From: a virus
Taxonomy: Duplodnaviria > Caudoviricetes
Strand: one strand, 5' to 3'
DNA length: 64,000 nucleotides
IMG/VR virus record: IMGVR_UViG_2639763161_000004
Coordinates: 1 to 64,000 of that record
The notes under the pieces were generated by a model. It did not search any database. It was not told the origin of the DNA and was given only the letters and a program-made list of their open reading frames with translations. This document shows positions 53,649 to 62,642 of this stretch, in pieces (the first letter of the stretch is position 1; the number at the start of each line of letters is the position of its first letter). The translations under genes were made by a program, and so were the position numbers.

Positions 53649-54263
53649 TTAGGCAGCACTTTGTTGCACAATGCCATCCAGTTCACGCTTTATGGCATGA
53701 TAGACGCTTTCTTCAAGCAGTTCCCGACACCATTTCACCCTTCGCCATGCCGACTGAACATCAATTCCGGTCAGTCTGGCGAGGTCTACGGCAATATCTT
53801 GCGAGCACTTTCGTTCGCAATGGTATTTAATAGCCACCAGTCGGATCGGATTGTTTGCTGCAAAGATGCGACAGATTACAGATTCAACAAGGTCGGCATC
53901 TTCCTGCTCGTTGGCGCGGTCGAGAAGATTGCTGACAGTGTTTTGAGGGGAGATAATTTGCTTCGCTTTGTGGAATAGCTCTGTGCCGGTATAGCCTTGT
54001 TCATGCAGCGCGTTTACGACCTCCTTGATTCTTTCTGATTCCCTTTCGCTCCATTCCCCCCGAATCATCAACCGGCCTATCACGTTTATCTTCCCGCCAT
54101 CCGGCCCAACGCTTCCCCCGTACTTTTCACCCCACGTATTGAGCAGGCATCGTACCCAGGTGCGCTGCAAAGGTGTGATGCTCTCCAGTTTCCCGAGATA
54201 ACGCTTTTTCATTTCTGACTTGCGTGCGCAGTCTGTCAGTTGAGTGAACTGATCGCTCTTCAT
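53649..54263 (-). CDS. Putative late antiterminator Q
   Basis: Q position between nin region and pR'; C-terminal HTH-like SQDIA..L...RRVKWCR. Confidence 0.7.
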   Translation of the reverse strand: MKSDQFTQLTDCARKSEMKKRYLGKLESITPLQRTWVRCLLNTWGEKYGGSVGPDGGKINVIGRLMIRGEWSERESERIKEVVNALHEQGYTGTELFHKAKQIISPQNTVSNLLDRANEQEDADLVESVICRIFAANNPIRLVAIKYHCERKCSQDIAVDLARLTGIDVQSAWRRVKWCRELLEESVYHAIKRELDGIVQQSAA

Positions 54264-54373
54264 GGCTACCTCTGTTTAGTCTGGATTTTTTCTGGAGAAG
54301 GGAGTAATCGGTGCTGAATGGAATGTATAATGCTTTGCTGCCGAGCCGTAGTAGCTGCCAGTATTGCCTGAGG

Positions 54374-54781
54374 TCATCCATGGAGATTCCTTACGCCTCG
54401 CAGAAGGTCGTCCATGCGCTGTATGGGGCTGTTTATTTTGCACTCATGGAAAATGCGATTGCCCTCCGTGGTTTTGCCTTTGCAGAGAAACACCATGGTT
54501 CGGGTATTGCGCCGCGCTTCTCGCCGCGCTAATTCACGCTCGCGGATTCGTTCCATTTCCAGCAATTGCCGCTCGCTGGGTGATTCCTTCACATAGCGCT
54601 TGCCCTGGTAGCCATTTATTTCGTAAATGACGCCAAGGTCTATCATTGCCTTGATAGCTTTACGGACAGTTGGAAGTGAGCACATGAAGATGTGTTGAAT
54701 CTCACGAATGGAAAGTGTTGGCTGATTTTTTAGCGTGGCTTTGACCTGCTCTATGCCACTATCAAAGTTAATAACTTTCAT
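54374..54781 (-). CDS. Hypothetical protein with winged HTH-like N-terminus
   Basis: SIREIQHIFMCSLPTVRKAIKAMIDLGVI. Confidence 0.6.
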   Translation of the reverse strand: MKVINFDSGIEQVKATLKNQPTLSIREIQHIFMCSLPTVRKAIKAMIDLGVIYEINGYQGKRYVKESPSERQLLEMERIRERELARREARRNTRTMVFLCKGKTTEGNRIFHECKINSPIQRMDDLLRGVRNLHG

Positions 54782-54905
54782 GGCTTACTCCTGCGTTTTC
54801 GCCGGGACATCGCATCCCAGCTCTGGATGTGTGCTGGCTGGATTACTGGATAAATTGGACGGAATTGGAAAAGAAGCCGTCGCCATTTGGCTTTGAGGTA
54901 TTCGG

Positions 54906-55532
54906 TCATGCTGCACACTCCATTTGACGTTTGCGCAATTTTTCGTAATGACGGGCCCGGCGTGTGAATATGCGCTTCACTCGCTTCATATACTCGATGT
55001 CGAATTTGCGAACGGTATTTTCATGCTCAATGCGCTCAACCCTTTCAAGGCCGAACTTTTTGATGAGGTTGATTCGATAGGGGATCAGATTGCCTGACAG
55101 GTCTCGATTGCAGGTAACGCAACTGGCGTTATTGTTGAATACATTAAACCGAAGCCATGGAGCCGCTCCTCTTGACCTGTAATGACTGGCGTCTACTGCA
55201 CCACCTCGCACGCCATAATTCAGTTTCCGTCCGCATGAGATGCAGGGCTTTCCGTAATCGCGCCAGAATATGAATTTATTAACCGCTGCCTGAGCCTCTC
55301 TGTTCCAGTCTGATTTTCCCTTTAGCTTTTCCCTTCTCTGTCTCAAATCATCACGCTGTAACTTTTCCTGCTTGCGTATTTCGCGAGCAGCAAGTTCCTC
55401 ATCGCGCTTCTTGTTGAAGGCAATGGCGCATAGGTAGTTGTGGCAGACTTTCTGAATAGAACTTCGGGGAGTGTATTCATTAGAGCAGATGGGGCATTTT
55501 CTCGGCTTCGGCTTTTTAGCCTTGACCATCAT
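54906..55532 (-). CDS. ninG: NinG/Rap recombination endonuclease
   Basis: CxxC, RD...PCISCG, DASHYRSRG, C..CNR.LSGN. Confidence 0.9.
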   Translation of the reverse strand: MMVKAKKPKPRKCPICSNEYTPRSSIQKVCHNYLCAIAFNKKRDEELAAREIRKQEKLQRDDLRQRREKLKGKSDWNREAQAAVNKFIFWRDYGKPCISCGRKLNYGVRGGAVDASHYRSRGAAPWLRFNVFNNNASCVTCNRDLSGNLIPYRINLIKKFGLERVERIEHENTVRKFDIEYMKRVKRIFTRRARHYEKLRKRQMECAA

Positions 55533-55586
55533 CGACCTCTCATGATTCCAGCTATGACGATTGATATGATGAAGATTCCCAGGATG

Positions 55587-55766
55587 TCAGCGAATGTCAT
55601 TGTCTTCTCCTGATAAACGGTAATTTGGATCAAGCATCAGCGTTACCTCGCAGGCGGTGCAGCAATAAACCTGTGAGTCTGCCAGGGTAGTGCCGCAGAA
55701 CGCGCAGGCAGTAACAGATTGCACGCCATCGCCAGTAGGCTGACTTGATTGGGTTGTGTCGCTCAT
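55587..55766 (-). CDS. NinF-like zinc-binding protein
   Basis: CAFC...L...VYCC..C...LMLDPN; upstream of ninG. Confidence 0.55.
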   Translation of the reverse strand: MSDTTQSSQPTGDGVQSVTACAFCGTTLADSQVYCCTACEVTLMLDPNYRLSGEDNDIR

Positions 55767-55864
55767 GGTTCTCCCATTCGATATCGCATTCACACTGGTT
55801 GCAGTTAGCGCCGTAGTGATATTTATCCTCTGAGGTGAGAGTGGTGTGACATCGGCAGCAGCGG

Positions 55865-56206
55865 TCATTCATTTGGCTTTTCTCTGGATTGGAGAAAAAG
55901 AATCATTGCCGCACGAAGGGGGTTGTCGCTTCTTACTGCTTCTTTATCCCAACCGTAAGCTGGCCTCGCAACCCATTTGCCACCATCTTGAGGCTCTGCA
56001 AAAACATCAGCTGCAAGGCAAATCATTTGCTTTTCAATAATCGGTCCGGCGTCCTTCCAACTTCTGCAATAATCTACGCTTCCTTCCGTAGTCCTTACGG
56101 TGCTTAATCCTGCCTCGCCGAAGTGTTGCCTTACGCTACAGTCAAAGCCTTGAATTACGGCAACAGACCGGTTGATTTCAAAGTCACTCATTTCGCTGTA
56201 ATTCAT
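55865..56206 (-). CDS. NinX / DUF2591 family protein
   Basis: YSEMSDFEIN, DYC.SW.DAGPII, NPLRAAMI.FL. Confidence 0.85.
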   Translation of the reverse strand: MNYSEMSDFEINRSVAVIQGFDCSVRQHFGEAGLSTVRTTEGSVDYCRSWKDAGPIIEKQMICLAADVFAEPQDGGKWVARPAYGWDKEAVRSDNPLRAAMILFLQSREKPNE

Positions 56207-56409
56207 AACCTGCTCCACATTGGGTTTTTATACTGTTGGGTTGGTATTGGCTCCTCCCTGTACTCTGGCAACAACGCAGTAACAATCCACAGCCGCGGGT
56301 CGAATGCTAGAGTCTTGGTTGCCTGGATGTTTCGGAGTTTGTATCAGGAGAGGAGGTCGTCAGCGGTGGCCGCGTCGCATGCGTCATGCACGAAGGGTGT
56401 GATTTTCAA
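56203..56409 (-). pseudogene. nin-region small gene with in-frame TGA at 56344-56346
   Basis: LKITPFVHD...ADDLLS*YKLRNIQATKTLAFDPRLWIVTALLPE; fills the gap between ninH and ninX. Confidence 0.6.
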
Positions 56410-56611
56410 TTTCTCCACCTTTGCTTCTGATGCCGCGATTACCCTGTGCCACCATCAGAACGCCGTTGATGACGATATGCTTTTTGGCTTCGAAGTCTCT
56501 GGCGTATTCGCGGACTGTGTGTCTGCTTATGCCGAGTATCTCGCCAACTTTTGTCTGATTGCCTCTGGTGGTGACCAGTAGCTCAGGAATGGTTTTAATC
56601 AGTGCGTTCAT
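56384..56611 (-). CDS. ninH: NinH family protein
   Basis: IKTIPELL...RGNQT.V, H.VINGVLMV. Confidence 0.8.
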   Translation of the reverse strand: MNALIKTIPELLVTTRGNQTKVGEILGISRHTVREYARDFEAKKHIVINGVLMVAQGNRGIRSKGGEIENHTLRA

Positions 56612-56889
56612 GCTGCACTCTCCTGATACAAAGACAGCCAGCGCTTGAGTTCATGCAAAGTCTCAGCCGCTATTTGACCGCCGTCATGCTGGGTCAGGCT
56701 TACGGCCATAATCCCAATGCCAGTAAAGTGAGTGCCGCGGTCTTTTCGCAGGGTGAAATAGATAACACCGCGGTCAAAGGATGGCTCTCTGCCCTCTATG
56801 CTCAATAATTTCGGCTTACCTTCGTCGTATTCATTGCAAATCTTGAAAAATTGCGCCTGCGTAATTTCTCTACCCTTTAGTGGTGTCAT
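56608..56889 (-). CDS. Hypothetical nin-region protein
   Basis: ATGA-coupled ORF. Confidence 0.55.
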   Translation of the reverse strand: MTPLKGREITQAQFFKICNEYDEGKPKLLSIEGREPSFDRGVIYFTLRKDRGTHFTGIGIMAVSLTQHDGGQIAAETLHELKRWLSLYQESAA

Positions 56890-57320
56890 GCTGCACTCCC
56901 GAATCTGTTGGCCCATTCTGCCGCCTGCGCTGATTCATCGCTGAACCTGACTCCGCGCTCGGCACCGAAGGCATGAATTAACGTGATTAAATCCCGCATC
57001 TCGCTGACGCGCATCTTGCTGGTTGACTGACCGAGAACGACAAATCCGCCGTTGATACCCGGCACTGTCTCCTGCCCTTTCAGGCTGGCGCTGAAGATAT
57101 GCTTCCAGCTCTCTGAGTCGAGTTTCTTCCCATACCAGACCACCTGGCTCGATACGTCATGCAGGCAGGCCCAAAGCATGCGGTTCTGCGCAAGGCTGCG
57201 GGTATCTTCCTGGATGGTCACTTGCAGAGGTTTGTCGGTGTCGGTGGGTAGTTGCTGAATGGTACTGATGCAGTTCTGTCGTATGCTGTTGTTACGCAAC
57301 AGGTAGGTCATCTTCTCCAT
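56886..57320 (-). CDS. ninB: NinB recombination protein
   Basis: RSLAQNRMLWA.L.DVS.QV.WYG, G.STSKM. Confidence 0.92.
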   Translation of the reverse strand: MEKMTYLLRNNSIRQNCISTIQQLPTDTDKPLQVTIQEDTRSLAQNRMLWACLHDVSSQVVWYGKKLDSESWKHIFSASLKGQETVPGINGGFVVLGQSTSKMRVSEMRDLITLIHAFGAERGVRFSDESAQAAEWANRFGSAA

Positions 57321-57582
57321 AATCTTGCTCTCGTTTAAGGGCTTCTAAGTTATATCCACCTTGCTTGTCGATGAGTTGGCGAATTTCACGCACTGCGTCG
57401 TTCTGTTTCGTCGGCATTTTGTCGCTATTCGCAGATTTGGCCTCAATCATCTTCTGCACCAACGCTAAAGCCTCATCAGCGATGCGCTTCTGCTCTGGTG
57501 TTGGGTTGGTGTCGTGGATGGTGTCGATGAGTTCGTAGAGATTGCGGAGTGGGTCAGGTCGGAGTGGGATGACGTTGTTCAT
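57292..57582 (-). CDS. Hypothetical phage protein
   Basis: MNNVIPLRP start. Confidence 0.55.
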   Translation of the reverse strand: MNNVIPLRPDPLRNLYELIDTIHDTNPTPEQKRIADEALALVQKMIEAKSANSDKMPTKQNDAVREIRQLIDKQGGYNLEALKREQDYGEDDLPVA

Positions 57583-57585
57583 GGA

Positions 57586-57735
57586 TTAATCCCCAAGGAT
57601 TTTTATTGCGTTAACAATGTCCTCAATCGGGTCATCGCTATCATTGATAATCTCCCATACGGAATCATCTTCCTCAACCTCGTAGTATTGCTTGAGGGCA
57701 TTAAATACATTTTCATAAGTTATTTCTGGATTCAT
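57586..57735 (-). CDS. Small acidic hypothetical protein
   Basis: GGGG RBS; MNPEITYE. Confidence 0.45.
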   Translation of the reverse strand: MNPEITYENVFNALKQYYEVEEDDSVWEIINDSDDPIEDIVNAIKILGD

Positions 57736-57882
57736 ACTTCCCCCTGCTTGCTTTTCAATGCTGCCTGCCATGTGAAAAACATGATGTCTTTCAGGTATGG
57801 TCCGGTTCTATCTGGGTGGTATGAGGATTTAAACCATGCGTTAAACGCTTCTCTCTGCCGCTCCATCTCATCGTTGCTTGCT

Positions 57883-58167
57883 TCACTGGCGGCTAGTTGG
57901 CGCATGAGTCCTCCCGGGCATGGAAAAAGCGATAATCCAGCATGTAATAGGAATGCTTAAAGTCACAACAACCATCAAAAAACGAACGAATAATGCAAAA
58001 GTAAATTCTTTTACGGAATCATCAAGGCTGATTTCTGGCAGGTGCCTGCTTCGAACTCTGCTTGAAAATGCTCGGTTAATAACGGCGCTAACCTTAGTGA
58101 GATAACATGGCTGATAGCCATTTTTTACGGCCCCATCAGGGCTGTTGATGTAATCAAACACATTCAT
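57883..58167 (-). CDS. Hypothetical membrane protein
   Basis: ORF with one hydrophobic segment. Confidence 0.45.
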   Translation of the reverse strand: MNVFDYINSPDGAVKNGYQPCYLTKVSAVINRAFSSRVRSRHLPEISLDDSVKEFTFALFVRFLMVVVTLSIPITCWIIAFSMPGRTHAPTSRQ

Positions 58168-58215
58168 CCTAAAACCCCCCTCTCTTTGGTTTAACCGGCT
58201 GCTGGCGTGAGTCCA

Positions 58216-59607
58216 TCATACGGCTGCCCCGCGCTGGTATTTGCGTGGTGCCGAAGTTTCCTGCTGATGCTTAGGCCTGCAAATTTTCTCAGCTTCTTGC
58301 TGGTCAGTTGGTTTGAAGTGGCCGTTTCTGAACTCCTGAAATACTGTTCCCAGTTGTCCAAATCGGTTTTTGGTGACGATGATTTCTGCATACTTAGCCG
58401 CAGGTGATTCCTCGTCGTAAACAGCTTCTCTGTAAAGCATGATGATGCTGTCGGCGTCCTGCTCAATGCTTCCTGAATCTCGCAGGTCTGCATTTGTCGG
58501 CCGACGCTGTCCCTTTGGGCGCTTCTCAACGTCTCGGGAAAGTTGACTGAGTGACATGACCGGAGTTTTTAAATCCTTTGCCATGCGCTTGAGACTTCCT
58601 GAGATGTGAGCAATGGCAAGGTCGTTGCGATCTGCCTTGGGCTTGTCAATAAGACCCAGATAGTCAACCAGGATGAGTGAAAGTGAGGGGTAGGTACGCT
58701 TGTGGCGCTCTGCAATGGCGCGGATTTGCTCGACGGTCATTTTACTGGCATCGACAATCCATACATCAAGCTCCATCAGAGTTCCCAGACCCATGGTTAC
58801 TTTGGCCCAGCCCTCATCATCCATCTTTGAGGGGTTACGCAGTGCTGATACAGGCAAATTTCCGGCACCGGCAATCTGACGCTCGACGATCTGATTGCTG
58901 TCCATTTCCATGCTGAAAATCATCACACCGCGTTTCTTATCGCTTCCAGGGCAAGGTTGCTTTGCCACTCCCTCAGCTACGGTAAGCGCGAACTCTGTTT
59001 TACCCATGCCGGGGCGCGCTGCAACAATCACCAAATCGACGTTGTTAATTCCACCGGTAATCTGATCCAGCTCTGGAATCCCTGTCTTTAGCGTATCGGA
59101 GTCATCACCCTGCCTCAGTCGCTTCTCGAGAAGGTCGTTATATCCATCCAAAACATCGCGAATGTGCATCGGTCGAACCTGATCGCTCGGACGGTCAACC
59201 TCACTTAGCGACGCCATGAATTCGCTGATATGGTTCATGGCTATCTCATGATTACCCGAGGTGTTGATTGCATCCTGCCCCCTGGATAGCAGCTCGCTAA
59301 ATCGGCGCACCATTGAGTATTCACTTACAACGCGAGCATACCCTTTCAGGTTTGCGGCGCTGGGAGTCTGGCGCATGGTCTGCATTATGTGACCAAAATT
59401 GCCTTCACCCATTGCCTCAGCAACCATCAGTCCGTCAATCAGTCCACGCTGTTTAGCCTGTCGCTTAATCTCGCGGAAAGTCTCACGGTAAAGCGTCGTG
59501 CTAAATGCTGATTCATCGAGAGTGGCGATTACGTCTCCTGCATCCGGCGTATAACCGCCAATCAGCAGCCCTCCAATCACACTGGCTTCAATGTCTGTGT
59601 TTGTCAT
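58216..59607 (-). CDS. DnaB-like replicative helicase
   Basis: [43 protein letters not shown]. Confidence 0.95.
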   Translation of the reverse strand: MTNTDIEASVIGGLLIGGYTPDAGDVIATLDESAFSTTLYRETFREIKRQAKQRGLIDGLMVAEAMGEGNFGHIMQTMRQTPSAANLKGYARVVSEYSMVRRFSELLSRGQDAINTSGNHEIAMNHISEFMASLSEVDRPSDQVRPMHIRDVLDGYNDLLEKRLRQGDDSDTLKTGIPELDQITGGINNVDLVIVAARPGMGKTEFALTVAEGVAKQPCPGSDKKRGVMIFSMEMDSNQIVERQIAGAGNLPVSALRNPSKMDDEGWAKVTMGLGTLMELDVWIVDASKMTVEQIRAIAERHKRTYPSLSLILVDYLGLIDKPKADRNDLAIAHISGSLKRMAKDLKTPVMSLSQLSRDVEKRPKGQRRPTNADLRDSGSIEQDADSIIMLYREAVYDEESPAAKYAEIIVTKNRFGQLGTVFQEFRNGHFKPTDQQEAEKICRPKHQQETSAPRKYQRGAAV

Positions 59608-60419
59608 AGCGTTCCCTCGCGAACTTTGGTGAGTGTTTTGCGTTGAAGCAGGAAGTCGAATGTCGCCACCCATTCACGATCGTTATCACCGAAGTGGAAT
59701 GGGCGAGCCTGCTGCATGAAGGCGCTGACGTAAGCACGAAAGCCGTCTTCGTTTGGCGTAGCCAGGGAGGTGACGATGGTTTTGAGTTTGCGCTTACGTT
59801 CTTCACTGAGTTCGACTGCATGAGGAAGTCTTTCACCAGCAAGTTCGTTGTAGCTCTGCATGCAGGCTTCGTAGTTGATGTGAACTGGTTTTCTCTTTGC
59901 AGGTTTAGCCCGGTCGGCACTTACACCCGTAGGGGGTAAGGGGGTGTTTTCTTTTTTCTTTTGAATAGTTTCTTTTGTGTGACTCTGTTTTGGTGACACC
60001 CCTGTCACCGTTTTGGTGACATTATTTGTCACCAATGCAGTGACATTATCACCAGAGTAGTGACACCCGGTCACACACCACTCCGAAACTTCTTTGTTTG
60101 GGCCAATCTTGTTACCCTCGCGGATGATGACTTTCATCTCGATAAGCTCATTCTTGGCCTTGTTAACTTTCTGGCGGGGAAGTCTTGTCAGCTCTGCAAG
60201 CTGGCTGTCGGCAATGCGGTCCATCTTCTTGCCAAAGCCATAAGTTTTACGGCAGATGGCATGTGCTACCTTGCTCTGATTCTTCGTTAAATCAGCACCG
60301 ATAAGCTCGTCATACAGCGCATTGGCAAGACGGGTGAATCCATCTTCCAGTTGAGCCACGCGACGCTCCATACCCTCCGTAGAAGGGCGATAATCTGATA
60401 GGTTACGTACAACACTCAT
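59604..60419 (-). CDS. Replication initiator O-like protein
   Basis: [26 protein letters not shown]; W.ATFDFLL. Confidence 0.9.
   Translation of the reverse strand: MSVVRNLSDYRPSTEGMERRVAQLEDGFTRLANALYDELIGADLTKNQSKVAHAICRKTYGFGKKMDRIADSQLAELTRLPRQKVNKAKNELIEMKVIIREGNKIGPNKEVSEWCVTGCHYSGDNVTALVTNNVTKTVTGVSPKQSHTKETIQKKKENTPLPPTGVSADRAKPAKRKPVHINYEACMQSYNELAGERLPHAVELSEERKRKLKTIVTSLATPNEDGFRAYVSAFMQQARPFHFGDNDREWVATFDFLLQRKTLTKVREGTL
59945..60075. repeat. Phage ori: GTGACA/TGTCAC iterons plus adjacent A/T tract inside O
   Basis: ggtgacacccctgtcacc, ggtgacattatttgtcacc, gtgacattatcac, gtgacacccggtcac. Confidence 0.75.
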
Positions 60420-60559
60420 TTGCCCTTCTCCTTCACCTTGTGCTCTTCCAGTATCTCTCGCAGCTTCTCAGCCAGAATCGGGTTACATGAGCGCAAATAT
60501 CGGGATCGGGTAATGTTTTTGTGTAAATCCGCCTGGTACACAACGTGTTTCTTTGGCAT
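60416..60559 (-). CDS. 47-aa protein between cII and O
   Basis: MPKKHVVYQADLHKNITRSRYL; AGGAG RBS; ATGA overlap with O. Confidence 0.65.
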   Translation of the reverse strand: MPKKHVVYQADLHKNITRSRYLRSCNPILAEKLREILEEHKVKEKGK

Positions 60560-60567
60560 AATTACTC

Positions 60568-60636
60568 CTGTGAATTGATCCAGTCATTTCGCATCAGGCC
60601 TCAAAGTTGTTAGCGCAACTTGAGGCTTTTTCTTTT
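60568..60636 (+). ncRNA. oop-like antisense RNA to the cII 3' end
   Basis: + strand hairpin GGCCTCAAAGTTG-TTAGCG-CAACTTGAGGC-TTTTT overlapping the cII stop; CATAAT upstream. Confidence 0.5.
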
Positions 60637-60866
60637 CCCATCGCAGCAGCTACTGCCTGGCGGGCAACTTCTGCAATCAGGCTCGTTTCCCAAACCTTCT
60701 CAAGCAGCACGAAAACCGTTGCCATGTCGCGCAGGTTTAACCGGCTTACTTTCGATTCATGCCATCCGGCCTCATCAGCCAGAACGCGCTGACCTTTGTG
60801 CGTAAGGCGACTGCGTAATTCTGTCTCTACTTCGTTGATCAACTTGCTGTTTCTTGCTTGTTCCAT
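60594..60866 (-). CDS. cII: CII activator (P22 C1-like)
   Basis: GQRVLA..AGWHESKVSR; between cro and O. Confidence 0.85.
   Translation of the reverse strand: MEQARNSKLINEVETELRSRLTHKGQRVLADEAGWHESKVSRLNLRDMATVFVLLEKVWETSLIAEVARQAVAAAMGKEKASSCANNFEA
60844..60857 (+). promoter_or_regulatory. pRE CII-binding site
   Basis: TTGC-TGTTTC-TTGC in the 5' end of cII. Confidence 0.7.
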
Positions 60867-60933
60867 GATTAATAATTTCCTTGTAGGTAAATGATTGCGT
60901 GACATTGCGGTGAGCAAGTCACTTGGGTATTTC

Positions 60934-60970
60934 AGGGACGAAACATCCCCAGCCGAATTGATAAAGAGCG
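60934..60970 (-). promoter_or_regulatory. nutR (boxA + boxB)
   Basis: CGCTCTTTATCA then GGGGAT-GTTTC-GTCCCT. Confidence 0.8.
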
Positions 60971-60977
60971 GTGTTTC

Positions 60978-61205
60978 TTATGCTGCCCGATCCGGTTTAG
61001 GGAACAGGTTTGGTAAATCTGGGCGAATCTGGTGAGCCTGAATTCGACCCTCAGTTGCCAATACCAGAGAAGCAACGTTTTGGGGCGCTACCTTTGCCTT
61101 GTTGTGCAGCCATTTCTGAACGGCTGCCTGACTCACACCGCACGCTTGAGCTAATTCCTTTTGCGTGCCTACGATGGCAATGGCAGTTTTAATAACATGG
61201 TTCAT
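60978..61205 (-). CDS. cro: Cro repressor
   Basis: GTQKELA..CGVSQ.AV.KW, IRPDL; divergent from cI. Confidence 0.9.
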   Translation of the reverse strand: MNHVIKTAIAIVGTQKELAQACGVSQAAVQKWLHNKAKVAPQNVASLVLATEGRIQAHQIRPDLPNLFPKPDRAA

Positions 61206-61217
61206 AAAAAACCACCT

Positions 61218-61306
61218 CCGTTGTAATAACAACTCAAATATATAACTTTGGTTGTTATTATGCAAACACTTTAGTTGTTTGACGGTGTATTACTGTGGTT
61301 GTATTT
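61218..61306. promoter_or_regulatory. OR operator region (pR/pRM)
   Basis: Imperfect ACAAC-N4-GTTGT palindromes such as ataactttggttgt and ttactgtggttgt. Confidence 0.65.
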
Positions 61307-61314
61307 TGCGCGGC

Positions 61315-62040
61315 ATGAAAATGACACTTGCAGAACGCTTAAAGCTCGCAATGCGCGAGGCGGGAGTAACACAAGCTGGCCTGGCTGAACGGGTTGGCGT
61401 GTCTCAGGCCGCCATTCAAAAATTAACATCAGGTAAAGCCTTAAGCTCAACTAAGTTGATCAAGATCGCCGAATCATTAGGAGTAAGTGCTACATGGTTG
61501 GCAGATGAGACCGGTCCGATGTATGTTAGTCGAAGCGGTGAGCATCACCCTGCATCGACAATACCTTCAGAGGATAAATGGATCACGGTTGACCCTTGGG
61601 ACACTTCTACACCTTTAGAAGATGACGAGGTTGAGGTTCCATTTCTCAAAGATATTGAATTCGCATGTGGTGATGGCTCGATTTCAGACGAGGACTACAA
61701 CGGATTCATGCTACGTTTTTCAAAAGCCACCATGAGAAGAAGCGGGGTCAATAGCGATGGCTCCGGTGTCCTGTGCTTTCCCGCGCATGGAAACAGCATG
61801 GAGCCAGTAATACCCGAAGGAACTACAGTAGCTGTTAACTGTTTGGACAAAAAAGTTGTTGATGGCAAGCTGTACGCCATTAGCCAGGGCGGATGGAAAA
61901 GATTAAAGCTTCTTTACCGTACAGGCCCCGAGAAATTAGCTATCAGAAGCTACAACTCAGATGAGTACCCCGATGAAGAAGTAGACATGAAAGATGTAGA
62001 GATCATCGGAAGAGTATTCTGGTCTTCAACCCTCTGGTAA
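61315..62040 (+). CDS. cI: CI repressor (HTH + S24 peptidase)
   Basis: TQAGLAERVGVSQ; ACG cleavage site; GNSM; LKLL. Confidence 0.93.
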   Translation: MKMTLAERLKLAMREAGVTQAGLAERVGVSQAAIQKLTSGKALSSTKLIKIAESLGVSATWLADETGPMYVSRSGEHHPASTIPSEDKWITVDPWDTSTPLEDDEVEVPFLKDIEFACGDGSISDEDYNGFMLRFSKATMRRSGVNSDGSGVLCFPAHGNSMEPVIPEGTTVAVNCLDKKVVDGKLYAISQGGWKRLKLLYRTGPEKLAIRSYNSDEYPDEEVDMKDVEIIGRVFWSSTLW

Positions 62041-62057
62041 ACCACCTCAAATAAATG

Positions 62058-62080
62058 ACCCGCTCCGGCGGGTTTTTTAT
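62058..62080 (+). terminator. Terminator after cI
   Basis: ACCCGC-TCCG-GCGGGT-TTTTT. Confidence 0.75.
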
Positions 62081-62096
62081 TACCAAATAAAATATT

Positions 62097-62192
62097 TATA
62101 ACTATTTTACCTTCCAAAACAACCACAAAACAACCATATCGCATTTATTTACAACCAAAGTTGTTGACATGATTACAACCATAGTTTTAAAT
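62097..62192 (+). promoter_or_regulatory. OL operators and pL
   Basis: acaaccaaagttgt and acaaccatagtttt flanking TTGACA at 62164. Confidence 0.7.
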
Positions 62193-62232
62193 AGGTTCAT
62201 CAGCAGGACGCTGGCGAAACATGAAACGGATT

Positions 62233-62270
62233 TGCTCTTTAACAATTGAGAATGGGGATGATTCGTCCCC
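62233..62270 (+). promoter_or_regulatory. nutL (boxA + boxB)
   Basis: TGCTCTTTAACA then GGGGAT-GATTC-GTCCCC. Confidence 0.82.
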
Positions 62271-62291
62271 GCCAAAGTGCAGTTGGCTTTG

Positions 62292-62375
62292 GGGTGTGTA
62301 GCTCAGCAGGTAGAGCGGATTCGTAGGCCCAGCCATGGAATCGCGTCACCGGTTCAATTCCGGTCACACCACCCA
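62292..62375 (+). ncRNA. tRNA-like RNA with 15-nt anticodon loop in the N leader
   Basis: Acceptor GGGTGTG/CACACCA, D arm GCTC/GAGC, stem GATTC/GAATC, T arm ACCGG-TTCAATT-CCGGT, 3' CCA. Confidence 0.75.
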
Positions 62376-62396
62376 AGTCAATTACCGGAGGTAACT

Positions 62397-62639
62397 ATGA
62401 AAGCAAGAGAGCTACGCAAGCGCCTTCGGGCAGAAGCTCATCGTGAGCAGCTGGACTATGCAGGCCGTATTGACCGCGCATACAAGAAGCTCAGCACCGG
62501 ATGCAGCCTGACAGTATCCCGCGCAATCAACTCCCCTTCTCTGCGTAGTAAGCATGAGAGTGGGTCAGCTTGTTTGCCAGAGGTTGCGAAATACGCAGCT
62601 GGGTTTCGGGAATCTAAAGACATTGTGACAGCGAGATAA
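62397..62639 (+). CDS. N: Early antiterminator N
   Basis: Arg-rich ARELRKRLRAE; C-terminal CLPEVA.YAAG.R; first pL gene; GGAGG RBS. Confidence 0.82.
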   Translation: MKARELRKRLRAEAHREQLDYAGRIDRAYKKLSTGCSLTVSRAINSPSLRSKHESGSACLPEVAKYAAGFRESKDIVTAR

Positions 62640-62642
62640 CGA

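Noticed and set aside
55630-55872. Cys-rich 80-aa nin ORF
   Set aside because: Possibly real, but it overlaps the NinF-like frame by 137 nt and I cannot resolve it without homology search
59990-60075. Palindromic repeats as a mini-CRISPR
   Set aside because: No unique spacers; located inside O as expected for ori iterons
62277-62396. N-terminal extension of N in the ORF track
   Set aside because: Covers the tRNA-like leader; the GGAGG RBS supports ATG at 62397
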